Source: Malacoraja senta (Eukaryota). From it: a stretch of DNA of 64,000 bases. Of the stretch, positions 24,801 to 37,082 are shown one piece after another; the stretch's first letter is position 1, and every line of letters starts with the position of its first letter. The stretch lies in the NCBI GenBank assembly GCA_038087875.1, contig JAXLNO010000110.1, positions 682,001 to 746,000 of the forward strand. The letters run 5' to 3'. Under the pieces are notes generated by a model. The model saw only the letters and a program-made list of their open reading frames with translations, was not told where the DNA came from and did no database searches. A program made the position numbers and the translations under genes.

Positions 24801-27800
24801 AGTGAACAGCCGGAAGTTATAGTGCATGTTGGCACAAACGATGTCGGAAAGAAGGGGATGAATATTCTGAAGCGTGACTTTAGAGAGCTCGGAAAAGTGC
24901 TGAAAAGCAGGACCTCCAGGGTGGTTATCTCCGGTTTGCTTTCAGTTCCTCGTGCTAGTGAGAGCAGGAACAGGGAGATACAGGACCTGAATGTGTGGCT
25001 GAGGAACTGGTGCAGGGGGCAGTGATTTAGATTCTTAGACCACTGGGATCTGTTTTGGAGTAAGGGGGAACTGTACAAAAGGGACGGATTGCACCTTAAC
25101 AGGTAGGGGACCGGCATTCAGGCAGGAAGGTTTGCCACTGCGACACAGGTGGTTTAAAACTAAATAAGGGGGGGTGTCAAATGGGATAGTCAAGGACAGA
25201 GTTAAAGGGAAAGGGAGTAAAGGGAAAGTTAATGACCCCAGAATTAACGGGAAAGAAAGCTCACAAAGGGATAGGAGAGTATGGCCAAGTGTAATAGGGA
25301 TCGATGTGAATGGTGAGATGCGTAAGGAATTAAAAGTACTGTATTTGAATGCGCGAAGTATAAGAAGTAAAGTAGATGAGCTTGAGGCTCAGATAGAGGT
25401 TGGTAGATATGACATTGTGGCGATTACCGAGACGTGGCTGCAGGAGGATCGGGTCTGGGAACTTAATATTCAGGGTTATACATCCTATAGAAAGGACAGG
25501 CAGGTGGGCAGAGGAGGGAGGGTAGCTCTTCTGGTGAGGAATGGAATTCGGTCCCTTGCGAGGGAAGACATAGGGACTGACAAGGTAGAGTCACTGTGGA
25601 TTGAGTTGAGGAATTGTAAAGGCAAGAAGACACTAATTGGTGTTATCTACAGACCCCCAAATAGTAGCCCGGATGTAGGGTGTAAGTTGCAGCAGGAGTT
25701 AAAACTGGCATGTAACAAAGGTAATGCCACTGTGGTGATGGGGGATTTCAATATGCAAGTAGACTTGGAAAATCAGGTTGGTTCAGGACCCCAAGAAAGA
25801 GTTTGTAGAATGTCTCCGAGATGGATTCTTAGAGCAGCTTGTAATGGAGCCGACCAGAGAAAAGGCAATTCTGGATTTAGTGTTGTCCAATGAACCAGAT
25901 ATGATAAGAGAACTCGAGGTAAAGGAACCGTTTGGAGGTAGTGATCATAATATGATTAGTTTTAATCTGCAATTTGAGAAGGAGAAGGTTAAATCGGAAG
26001 TGGCAGTGATGCAGTTGAACAAAGGGGACTGTGAAGGCATGAGAGAGGAGCTGGCCAAGGTAGACTGGAAAGGGATACCAGCAGGAATGACGGTGGAACA
26101 GCAATGGCAGGAATATCTGGGCATAATCCAGAAGACGCAGGATCATTTCATTACAAAAAGGAAGAAAGATTCTAAGGGGAGTAGGAGGCAACCGTGGCTG
26201 ACAAGAGAAGTTAGCGATAGAATAAAACTAAAATAAAAGATGTATAACACAGCAAAGAGTAGCCGGAAGCCAGAGGATTGGGAAACTTTCGTTGGACAAC
26301 AGATGGAAACAAAACGAGCAATACGGGCTGAAAAGATGAAGTACGAGGGGAAGCTGGCCAGGAATGTAAAGGACAGTAAGAGCTTCTTTAGATATGTTAA
26401 GGGAGAAAGAATAGCAAAGTCAAATGTGGGTCCCTTGAAGGCATAAATAGTATTGGGTAGGCTAATGGGGCTGAAGGATGATAAATCCCCTGGGCCTGAT
26501 GGACTGCATCCCAAGGTCCTCTGGGAGGTGGCTCTAGAAATAGTGGACGCGTTGGTGATCATTTTCCAATGTTCAATAGATTCAGGATCAGTTCCTGTGG
26601 GTTGGAGGATAGCTAATGTTATCCCACTTTTCAAGAAAGGGGCGAGAGAGAAAACGGGGAATTACAGACCAGTTAGCCTGACTTCGGTGGTGGGAAAGAT
26701 GCTGGAGTCAATTATTAAAGAGGTAATAATGGGGCATTTGGATAGCAGTAAAATGATTAGTCCGTCAGCATGGATTTATGAAAGGAAAATCTTGCTTGAC
26801 TAATCTTCTGGAATTTTTTGATGGATGTGACAAGTAAAATGGATGAAGGGGAGCCGGTGGATGTAGTGCATCTAGACTTTCAGAAAGCCTTTGATAAGGT
26901 CCTGCACGGCAGACTGGTGACTAAAATTAGAGCACATGGTATTGGGGGTAGGGTGTTGACGTGGATAGAAAATTGGTTGACAGACAGGAAGCAAAAAGTA
27001 GGAGTGAATGGGTCCTTTTCAGAATGGCAGGCAGTGGCGAGTGGAGTGCCGCAAGGCTCGGTGTTGGGGCTGCAACTGTTTACCATATATATTAATGATT
27101 TGGAAGAGGGAATTAGGAGCAACACTAGCAAGTTTGCGAATGACACAAAGCTGGGTGGCAGTGTGAACTGTGAAGAGGATGTTAGGAGATTGCAGGGTGA
27201 CTTGGACAGGTTGAGTGAGTGGGCAGATGTGTGACAGATGCAGATAATATAGATAAATCTGAGGTTATCCACTTTGGTGGCAAAAACAAGGGGGCAGATT
27301 TTTATCTCATTGGGGTTAGGTTAGGTAAGGGGGAGGTACAGCCAGACCTGGGTGTCCTTGTACACCGGTCACTGAAAGTTGGCGTGCAGGTACAGCAGGC
27401 AGTGAAGAAAGCTAATGGAATGTTGGCCTTCATAACAAGAGGAGTAGGAGTAGAGAGGTTCTTCTGCAGTTGTATAAGGCTCTGGGAAGACCACATCTGG
27501 AGTATTGCGTACAGTTTTGGTCTCCTAATTTGAGGAAGGACATCCTTGTGATTGAGGCAGTGCAGCGTAGGTTCACGAGATTGATCCCTGGGATGGCGGG
27601 ACTGTCACGTGAGGAAAGATTGAAAATGACTAGGCTTGTATTCACTGGAGTTTAGAAGGATGAGGGGAGATCTTATAGAAATATATAACATTATAAACTC
27701 GATGCAGGAGAAATGTTCCCAATGTTTTTCACCCAGAGAGTTGTGAATTTGTGGAATTCCGTGCCACAGAGGGCAGTGGAGGCCAAATCACTGGATGGAT

Positions 27801-27965
27801 TTAAGAGAGTTAGATAGAGCTCTAAGGGCTAGTGGAATCAAGGGATATGGGGAGAAGGCAGGCACGGGTTATTGATTGGGGCCGATCAGCCATGATCACA
27901 ATGAATGGCGGTGCTGGCTCGAAGGGCCGAATGGCCTCCTCCTGCACCTATTTTTCTATGTTTCT
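24801..27965 (+). mobile_element. CR1 LINE, long copy (ORF1 SGNH-esterase part, ORF2 APE + RT), disrupted
   Basis: EQPEVIVHVGTNDV (esterase), YLNARSI / DIVAITETW / GVIYRPP (APE), LDFQKAFDKV and PQGSVLG (RT). Internal deletions near 26443 and 27724; ends in a ttctatgtttct tail. Confidence 0.93.
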
Positions 27966-28489
27966 GTCCCGACACACTGACGGAGCAGGGACAGTGCGGG
28001 TTAGGCACACTGAAGCCCCCTCTACACTGCCCCACCATGGGTGGCAAGGTGCCACAGCGGTAGCGTTGCTGCCTTACCACGCTTGCAGCACCAGAGACCA
28101 GGGTTCGATCCCGACTACGGGTGCTGTCTGTACGGAGTTTGCACGTTCTCCCCAAGACCAAGTGGGTTTTCTCCAAAATCTTCGGCATTAATGAGCAGGG
28201 ATCGCTGGTCGGTGCGGACTCGGTGGGTTGAAGAGCCTGTTTTCACGCTGTTTTTCTAAACTAAACTATATACTGCCAGGGCAGGGACAGTGCGGTGAAG
28301 CTCCCTGTACTCTGTCCCGTCACAATCTCAGGGCAGGGACAGTGCGGTGAAGCTCCGTGTACTCGGTCTTGTCACACAGCTGGGGCACAGACAGCATGGG
28401 TTAGACAGAGTGAAGCCACTTGTGTTCTCCTGATGAACGCTTCAAGAATAACTTCAAGTGGTGAAGGGAAACTTTGCCAAATGGAAATG

Positions 28490-30099
28490 CAGTTTCCCTC
28501 CATAATGTTTGGGACAAAAACCCATCATTTATTTATTTGCCTCTGTACTCCAGAATTTGAGATTTGTAATAGAAAAAAAATCATGTGGTTAAAGTGCACA
28601 TTGTCAGATTTTAATCAAGGCCATTTTATACAATTTGGTTTCACCATGTAGAAATTACAGCAGTGTTTATACATAGTCCTCCAATTTTAGGGCACCATAA
28701 TGTTTGGGACACAGCAATGTCATGTAAATGTAAGTAGTCATGTTTAGTATTTTGTTGCATATCCTTTGCATGCAATGACTGCTTGAAATCTGCGATTCAT
28801 GGACATCACCAGTTGCTGGGAGTCTTCTCTGGTGATGCTCTGCCAGGCCTGTATTGCAGCCATCTTGAGCTTATGCTTGTTTTGGTGGCTAGTCCCCTTC
28901 AGTTTTCTCTTCAGCATATGAAAAACATGCTCAATTAGGTTCAGATCAGGTGGTTGACTTGGCCACTCAAGAATTGACCATTTTTTAGCTTTGAAAAACT
29001 CCTTTGTTGCTTTAGCAGTATGTTTGGGATCATTGTCTTGCTGTAGAATGAACCGCCGGCCAATGAGTTTTGAGGTATTTGTTTGAACTTGAGCAGATAG
29101 GATGTGTCTACACACTTCAGAATTCATTATGCTACTACCATGAAGATAAGTGATCCAGTGCCTTCAGCAGCCATACATGCCCAGGCCATAACATCCCCAC
29201 CACCGTGTTTCACAGATGAGGTGGTATGCTTTGGATCTTGGGCAGTTCCTTCTCTCCTTCATACTTTGCTCTTGCCATCACTCTGATATAAGTTAATCTT
29301 CGTCTCATCTGTCCACAAGACCTTTTTCCAGAACTGTGGTTGATCTTTTAAGTACTTCTTGTCAAACTGTAACCTGACCATCCTATTTTTGCAGCTAACC
29401 AGTGGTTTGCATCTTGCAGTGTAGCCTCTGTATTTCTGTTCATGAAGTCTTATGCGGACAGTGGTCATTGACAAATCCAACTCCTGAAGAGTGTTTCTGA
29501 TGTGTCGGACAGGTGTTTGGGGATTTTTTCTTTATTATAGAGAGAATTCTTCTGTCATCAGCTGTGGAGGTCTTCCTTGGCCTGCCAGTCCCTTTGCGAT
29601 TAGTAAGCTCACCAGTGCTCTCTTTCTTCTTAATGATGTTCCAAGCAGTTAATTTTGGTAAACCTAAGGTTAGGCTGATGTCTCTAACAGTTTTATTATT
29701 GTTTCTCAGTCTCATAATGGCTTCTTTGACTTTCATTGGCACAAGTTATGGTCCTCATGTAGATAAACAGCAATAAAAGTTTCCAAAGGTGATGGAAAGA
29801 CTGGAGGAAAGACTAGGTGCTGAGAGCTCTCTTATACCTGCATTAAGGAGACATTTAAACACCTGAGCAAATACAAACGCAGTGTCCCAAACATAATGGT
29901 GTCCTGAAATGAGGGGACTATGTATAAACACTGCTGTAAGTTCTACATGGTGAAACTAAAATGTATAAAAATAACCTTTAATAAAATCTGACAATGCACT
30001 TTAACCGCATGTGACTTTTTAAATTTCAAATCTCAAGTTGTGGGGTACAGAGGCAAATAAATAAATGATGGGTCTGTCCCAAACATTATGAGGGCACTA
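28490..30099 (-). mobile_element. Tc1-family DNA transposon (IR/DR type), defective
   Basis: ~210-bp TIRs with internal direct repeat ccataatgtttgggaca. Transposase pieces GRPRKTS, VLWTDETK, QQDNDPKHT and WPSQPPDLNLIE. Confidence 0.93.
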
Positions 30100-30230
30100 G
30101 ATTCTTGATTAGTACGGGTGTCAGGTTGAAGGCAGGAGAATGGAGTTGGGAGGGAGAGATAGATCTGCCATGATTGAATGGTGGAATAGACTTAATTGGC
30201 CGAATGGCTTAATTCTGCTCCTATTACTTA

Positions 30231-31276
30231 TAGCAATGTTACAAAATTTTGAGATTTAAAAAATAAAGTCTGTAATTTGTCCCATCAGATAAAGCATACA
30301 AAGATGTTTAATTTGACACCTAATTCACTTTCATATCTTCAGTATTAAAAAAGTTATGGCCATTTTCATACTCGGAAATTAGCATCTTGTTCCCTATTGC
30401 TTTTCCATTGACTTAACACAAAAGCTGTGATCGAGGACAGTCAAAAGCCCATAACTTTCTTAAAAATTAAGAGAACTGAAAGAAATGTTCAGTTATTATA
30501 GATTGAAGCATTCTCAAACAAATATGAAACAATCTTCCTTAGATGACATGAAATTAAAGCATATAATTAGTTAGTTACCTAATTGTAGCTAATTACAAAA
30601 TTCAATTACTAGATCTAAACCTATCAATTTCTTAAGAATAGATTAACATTTTTAAATAGCCTAAGTGTCCAAATAACATTCACACAAGAATTCACAATAT
30701 AACATAATTTTTAAATCTCATTGTCATGGATTTACAGGCCAAATGGAAGGAATTTAATGTTTAATACCTGTAAATTAATAGCCATTTAAATGATCTTGCG
30801 AATGGGGGTTTCTGGAACGCGATCAATTGGAACGTTGATTTGCGGTGAATTTAACCCCGTATCGGTATGAAAATTTTCTGCCGTTAGTTCGGGGAAAAGA
30901 ATTACCGTTTCACATTAAAAAATGTGAATTAAAGGCTTCTTAAGAAGCACTTTTATACATTACAATGAACTACTTTCGTTTACCTGTCCCGTGTGTGAAA
31001 TCCGTCCCCGTTGTCGGCGTTGACGGCTTCAGAAGCTGATTTTAAAATGACTCCAGCGCTGACATTGTTGATCGATTTTTTTTTTTTAAACACACAAAAC
31101 GCCCGTCGGAACGATTTTTCAGCAAACGCTTGCACTCCAACGAAATATTAACCAGGACAAGGTAGGAGAAACCCGCGTTTTAACCCCGCCCCCCCCCCCC
31201 TTAAAGGCGCCAAATCGCGCACACGGCCAGTGGCAGAATTGCAGCGCCGCTGAAGGTAAGTATTGTAACACACCTA
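30231..31276. mobile_element. Non-autonomous DNA transposon, superfamily unclear
   Basis: Imperfect TIRs tagcaatgttacaaaattt / aagtattgtaacacaccta; flanking duplication ttactta; AT-rich non-coding interior. Confidence 0.6.
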
Positions 31277-31589
31277 TTACTTATTAACCAAGATCAGAGT
31301 GGGACCGTCAGGACTGTAATGGGAACTTGGTAAATTTGTCGCCGTTGATAAGTAAAACTCTTTGTGCACTTTGTACATTGTATGCAAAAACAAAGAACCT
31401 CACTGCACCAAGGTACATGTGACAATGAAGTATCATTGAATTATTGAACGCACAGTTACAGAGAGAGAAGGTGCAAACTTCACCCACACTGCACCCGAGG
31501 TCAGCATGGATCCAGGATCCCTGGCACTATGAGGTAGCGGCACTACCCACTGTGTCACCGTGTGGTTGAAGCCTGTACCCGGTGTGATC

Positions 31590-32225
31590 GTAACTCCCCC
31601 CTCCACTCTGCCCAGGGACCCCAACAGTCCTTTCAGGTTAGGCAGAGGTTCACTTGCACCTCCTCCAACCTCATCTATTGTATCCGTGGTTCAAGATGTG
31701 GACTCTTGTACGTCATCGAGACCAAACATCGACTGGGCAATCGTTTCGCTGAACACCTTCGCTCAGTCCGCCTGGACCTACCTGATCGCCCGGCTGCTAA
31801 ACACTTTAACTCCCCCTCCCATTCCCACACTGACCTTTCTGTCCTAGGCCTCCTCCATTGTCAGAGTGAGGCCCAGCACAAATTGGAGGAACAGCATCTC
31901 ATATTTCGCTTGGGCAGCTTACACCCCAGTGGGATGAACATTGACTTCTCTAACTTCTGTAACCCCTGGATTCCCTCTCTCTCCATCCCTCCCCCACCCA
32001 AATCACACCAGCTTTCGTTCCCACCGAGCTACAGCTAACAATGGCCAGTTCCCTTTAGCATTGTTACTTTTTTGCATATCTTTCATTCATTTGTTCTGTA
32101 TCTCTCTTCATCATCATCTATATCTCTCGTTTCCCCTTCCCTTTCAGTCTGAAGAAGGATCTCGACCCATTCCTTCTTTCCAGAGATTCTGCCTGTCCCG
32201 CTGAGTTCCTCCAGCATTTTGTGCC
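31590..32225 (+). mobile_element. Penelope-like element 3' fragment (GIY-YIG + 3'UTR)
   Basis: ORF 31562-32038 QGPQQSFQVRQRFTCTSSNLIYCIRGSRCGLLYVIETK, followed by a deleted hammerhead motif. Confidence 0.88.
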
Positions 32226-32880
32226 TATATATATTTTTAATTCTTTACATTCTCGGGCAGTTGCGGTTGCCAGACCAAGCTTCGGCTCATTGGGTTCGCA
32301 CCAACCAACTATCACCTGTACACCAGTTCTATCCGACACAATTTACAATTGGGGCCAATTTGTGGAAGCTAATTAACGAACAAACCCACACGTCAAGAAT
32401 GGATCGACTGCACTTGTATTCACTGGAATTTAGAAGGATGAGAGGGGTTCTTATAGAAACATATACAGTTATTAAGGGAGTGGACAGGCTAGATGCAGGA
32501 AAAATGTTCCCGATGTTGGAGTCCAGAACCAGGGGGTCTCAGTATAAGATTAAGGGGGAGGTCATTTAGGACTGAGATGAGGAAAAAACTTTTCACCCAG
32601 AGAGTTGTGAATCTGTGGAATTCTCTGCCACAGAAGGCAGTGGAGGCCAATTCACTGGATGTTTTCAAGAGAGAGTTAGATATAGCTCTTGGGGCTAAAG
32701 GAATCAAGGGATATGGGAAGAAAGCAGAAACGGGGTACTGATTCTGGATGATCAGCCATGATCGTATTGAATGGTGGTGTTGGCTAGAAGGGCCGAGTGG
32801 CCTACTCCTGCACCTATTTTCTATGTTTCTATGAAGCGTGGGGTTGAACATGTGGTAACTCTCTTGCCCGTTCTCTGCAG

Positions 32881-33020
32881 GGATGTTCAACAGCCCGGGG
32901 ATGCAGAGCCTAATGCAGCAGATCTCGGAGAACCCCCAACTAATACAGAACATGCTGTCTGCGCCGTACATGAGGAGCATGATGCAGTCTCTGTCCCAGA
33001 ACCCCGACCTCGCTTCACAG
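32881..33020 (+). CDS. UBQLN4: Ubiquilin-4 exon (STI1-II)
   Basis: ctgcAG|GG ATG TTC ... TCA CAG|gt, 140 nt. [47 protein letters not shown]. Confidence 0.96.
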
Positions 33021-33387
33021 GTACCACGCTGCTTAATGCTCTCCGCACCTCACACACCCTCCCCTCTTCACCCACGGCCAGCAATGCCAGGGGAGGGGAG
33101 TCTGTGTTTGGGGGTGGGGGGGTGGGGGGGGGGTAGGTGGAAAGGGACCCTCTCCCCGTGTCCCTCCTGGCCTGCAGGGGCGAGAGGACTCAGTGGTTGG
33201 GGGAGTTGGAGGGGGGGAGGTAGGATGTGATCAACCACACAGTGGCGCACACGTCTTTAGGACGTGGGAGGAAACGGGTGCAATGTTGTTGCGCGACAAT
33301 AAACCAAACTCCAACTTGTGCACAGTGTCTATGCTCTGCCTCTGCCGGTTACCATTCTCTGACCTCCACCCGTTTCCCCCGCTGCAG

Positions 33388-33471
33388 ATTTTAATGAATA
33401 ACCCGTTGTTTGCTGGCAACACACAGCTGCAGGATCAGCTCCGACTCCAGATGCCCATCTTCTTGCAGCAG
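33388..33471 (+). CDS. UBQLN4: Ubiquilin-4 exon
   Basis: 84 nt, AG/GT bounded. ILMNNPLFAGNTQLQDQLRLQMPIFLQQ. Confidence 0.95.
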
Positions 33472-33611
33472 GTAAAGCCGACCGTCGCCGGGCTCTCGGT
33501 TGCCCCGCACTCCCTCAAACCTCTCTCCCCTCGCCTTGCTGGTGGGTGGCCATGAGCAGCCTGTGAAAGAAACTGGCCAAGGTATAGCTGGATACACTCA
33601 TCGGCTTTCAG

Positions 33612-33895
33612 AGTGGCGCAGCGGTAGAGTTGCTGCCTCACAGTGCCGGGGGCACAGGTTCCATTCTGACTACAGGTGCTGTCAGTACGGAGTTTGTACG
33701 TTCTACCTGTGGGTTTTCTCCAGGATCACCGGTTTCGTCCCCCACTCCAAAGACTTACAACATGTTTGTAGGTTGATTGGGTTGGTATAATAGTAAATTG
33801 TCCCTGGCGTGTGCAGGATAAGGGATCGCTGGTCGGCACGGACTCGGTTGGCTGACGGGCCTGTTTCCGTGCTACATCTCTAAACTAAACTAAAA
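33612..33895 (+). mobile_element. tRNA-derived SINE (HE1-like)
   Basis: Same head, core and tail. Confidence 0.82.
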
Positions 33896-34979
33896 TGAAA
33901 AATGCCAAGGGTTTTTAGGACTTCAAGAGTGATTACACTGAGTATGGAAGCAGGGTGATAGTCACAGAGCTGAACTCCACAGAAACTGGTCCTTCGGCCC
34001 ATCTTGTCCATGCCGACCATGTGGGCATTCTGGCCAATCCCACATGCTTGCATTTGGCCTACATCCCTCTCAAAACCTATTCAGGGAGTTAATAGTGAGG
34101 CTGCATACACTTCAGTTTGAGTCATCCAGCACAGAAACATGCCCTTTGGCCCAAATTGTTCATGCTGACCAAGTTGACATTCTGGGCTAGTTCCACTTGT
34201 TTGCATGTGGCCCATATCCCTCTAAACCATTCCTATTCTGGTTCTGGAAGTTAAAGGTGAGGCTGTGTAAACTTCAGTTAGAATCATCCAGCACAGAAAC
34301 ATGCCCTTCGGCCCACCTTGTCCATGCTGACCATTTGCCAGTGCTGGGCCCATAGTTGACCATGACTTGGTGTCGGGATGTTCCTTAAATGTTGAGTCTC
34401 TGCCTCCACCAACCCATGATTCGTACGGGTATCGGCTTATGGGGAGAGGCAGGAGAATTGGGTTGAGAGGGAGTGATGGATCAGCCATGATTGAATGGCG
34501 GAGTAGACTTGATGGGCGAATGGCCTAATTCTGCTCCTAGAACGTATGAACCAACCCCTCAGACGGTGCCTTCCACATTGCAACCATTCACTGGGTGAAA
34601 ATATTCTACCTCAGATCCCCTTTAAACTTGCTTCACACCTTAAACTCTGTGCCCCCTAGTCTTGGACAGCTCTACCATGGGGAACGGTTGCCCACTCCCT
34701 CTCCTGTTGAGTTACTCCAGTTTTTTGTGTCTGTCTTCTGACTTGACTTCTGATCTACGACCTGTTAAACAAGGCAGTCATTCTGAATTCTTCCTTCACT
34801 CTGTCTGTCTGCGCTGCTGCCCTCGGGGATCTTTGGATATGTATGTCGAGGTCCCTCAAAACACACGAAGGGCCCCTAATCACAGTGTAAATCCCATCTT
34901 TATTAGTCCACCACACATTCAGCATGATTAAACTGCATCTGCCACTGTTCTGCCTCAGCGAACCTTGCCCCACTGGAGC

Positions 34980-35690
34980 GGCGCCCTCTGCCCTGTGATC
35001 TTTGCCCCTGGTACGGTGACCTCTGCCCAGTGACCCCTGGCGCTGCAACCTTAGCCCGGTGACCTTTGCCCATGGCGAGGGGTCCTCTGCCCGGTGGACC
35101 TTGCCCCCCGGTGCGGTGACCTCTGGCCAGTGACCCTTTCCCCCTGGTGCGGCGACCGCTGCCCGGTGACCCTTGCCCCTGGCGCACGGTCCTCTGCCTG
35201 GTGGCCCATGCCCCTGGTGCAGTGACCTCTGCCCTGTGACCCTTGCTCCCCCCCCGGTGCGGCGACCACTGCCCGGTGACCCCTAGTGCTGCAACCTTAG
35301 CCAGGTGACCCTGGCGAGAGGACCTCTGCCCGGTGACCCTTGCCCCTAGCGAGGGGTCCTGTGACACTTGCCCCTGGTGACCTCTGCCCTGTGACCCTTG
35401 CCCCTGGTGACCTCTGCCCTCTGGTGGTGACCACTGCCATGTGACCCCTGGCACTGCGACCGTAGCCCGGTGACCCTCGCCCCTGGTGCAGTGACCTTAT
35501 CCCGGTCACCCTTGCCCCTGGTGAGGGGACCTCTGCCCACACCCCTGGTGCGGCGACCACTGCCTGGTGACCCCTGGTGCTGTGACCCTTGCCCTCTGCG
35601 AGGGGACCGCTGCCCGGTGACCCTTGCCCCTAGCCCAGTGACCCTTGCCCATTGACCCTTGCCCATGGCGCGGCGATCTCTGCCCGCAAG
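34980..35690. repeat. GC-rich minisatellite (gtgacccttgcccctg-like)
   Basis: Degenerate ~15-17-bp units upstream of the exon at 35732. Confidence 0.88.
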
Positions 35691-35731
35691 CCGTGCCCCT
35701 GTACAGATGGTGGTGCTTCGCTGTGTTGCAG

Positions 35732-35847
35732 ATGCAGAACCCAGACGTGCTGTCGGTGATGGCCAACCCGCGGGCAATGCAGGCTCTGCTCCAGATCCAG
35801 CAGGGGCTACAGACCCTACAGAACGAGGCACCCGGACTCCTGCCAGG
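35732..35847 (+). CDS. UBQLN4: Ubiquilin-4 exon
   Basis: 116 nt, ttgcAG|ATG ... CCA GG|gtaagg. [39 protein letters not shown]. Confidence 0.96.
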
Positions 35848-36272
35848 GTAAGGACACGCACGCCTGCACTGGGGCTCGGCACGGCACGGCACGGGGCGGG
35901 TCCCCGCCGCACACGGGAGATGGGCAAAGATTGGGCACAGTGCCATGTGTGGGAAACGTGGAAAGCACACAGGCAGGAACTCTGGCTGCCCTCCCCACCA
36001 GGAGGAACGGGGGGGGGGGGGAGAGGGGAGGGACAGGAGATGGGGGGTGGGGAGGGAGAGATAGGAGATGGGGGGGGGGAGTGGGAGGGATAGGTGTGGG
36101 GAGGAAGGGGTGGGAGAGGGGAGAGAACGAATTGCGTAGTGGGATGTGGGAGGGAGTCAGGCAGATGGGGTGATGGGTGGGGGGTGAGTGGGGAACCCAG
36201 CCCGCTGTGGTGTGGTGTTTGAGGAGCACTGTGAACGCTGAGCATGATGTACCATGTGCCGTGTGTGTGCAG

Positions 36273-36534
36273 GTTCAGCCCCGGTGTCCCCGCGCCTGTC
36301 TCTGGTCTCGGCAGCCCAGGCAGTGGATCGACGGCCCCCACCACAGCGCCCAGCACAGGCACGGGCCCCGGCACGGTGAACAGCAGCAGCTCTGCCAGCC
36401 CAGCGCCCACCTCCACCGGCCCCGGCCCTGGCCCCGGCCCCGGCCCCGGGCCTGGCACCCTGCCAGGCCCTGGCACCCCACAGCAGCAACTCATGCAGCA
36501 GATGTTACAGATGTTAGCCGGCGCCAACACCCAA
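36273..36534 (+). CDS. UBQLN4: Ubiquilin-4 exon (Pro/Gly/Ser-rich linker and pre-UBA helix)
   Basis: 262 nt, phase 2 to 0, consistent with its neighbours. Ends QQQLMQQMLQMLAGANTQ|gtaaga. Confidence 0.92.
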
Positions 36535-36639
36535 GTAAGAGCCAATGGGCACCGCTTGACGCTGGTGTGTCCGTGTGTTGTTGGCGTGTCTGCGCGACGC
36601 TGGCGTGTCTCCCGATACGCTCCTCTCCCTTCTCCCCCC

Positions 36640-36926
36640 ACCCCCCACTGATGCTCCACTCTCTAACCCCACTCACGCTCTTCCCATCACTGACTCTCCT
36701 GTCACTCTCTCTCCCCCCCACCCCTCACTGACACTTCTCTCTCTCCCTCCCTCCCCCACCCCTCACTGACTCCTCTCTCCCCCCCCACCCCTCACTGACA
36801 CTCCTCTCCTCTCTCCCCCCCACCCCTCACTGACTCTCCTCTCCCTCTACCCCCCACCCCTCACTGACACCTCTCCCTCTCTCCCCCACCCCTCACTAAC
36901 ACTCCCCTCTCTCTCTCCCCACCCTC
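36640..36926. repeat. C/T-rich minisatellite (cccctcactgac + pyrimidines)
   Basis: Tandem units filling the last intron. Confidence 0.88.
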
Positions 36927-36928
36927 AG

Positions 36929-37082
36929 GTACAGAACCCGGAGGTGCGGTTCCAGCAGCAGTTGGAGCAGCTGAGCGCCATGGGCTTCATCAACCGCGAG
37001 GCCAACCTGCAAGCCCTCATTGCCACGGGCGGGGACATAAACGCTTGCTATCGAGAGACTGCTGGGCTCGCAGCCTTCGTAA
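36929..37082 (+). CDS. UBQLN4: Ubiquilin-4 last coding exon (UBA domain), with apparent 1-nt insertion
   Basis: [39 protein letters not shown], then an extra T at 37045/37046. Removing it gives [11 protein letters not shown] with TAA at 37080-37082, the canonical ubiquilin C-terminus. Confidence 0.93.

Noticed and set aside
35346..36659. 437-aa minus-strand ORF
   Set aside because: Antisense shadow of GC-rich UBQLN4 exons, G-rich intron and minisatellite; low complexity with no domain.
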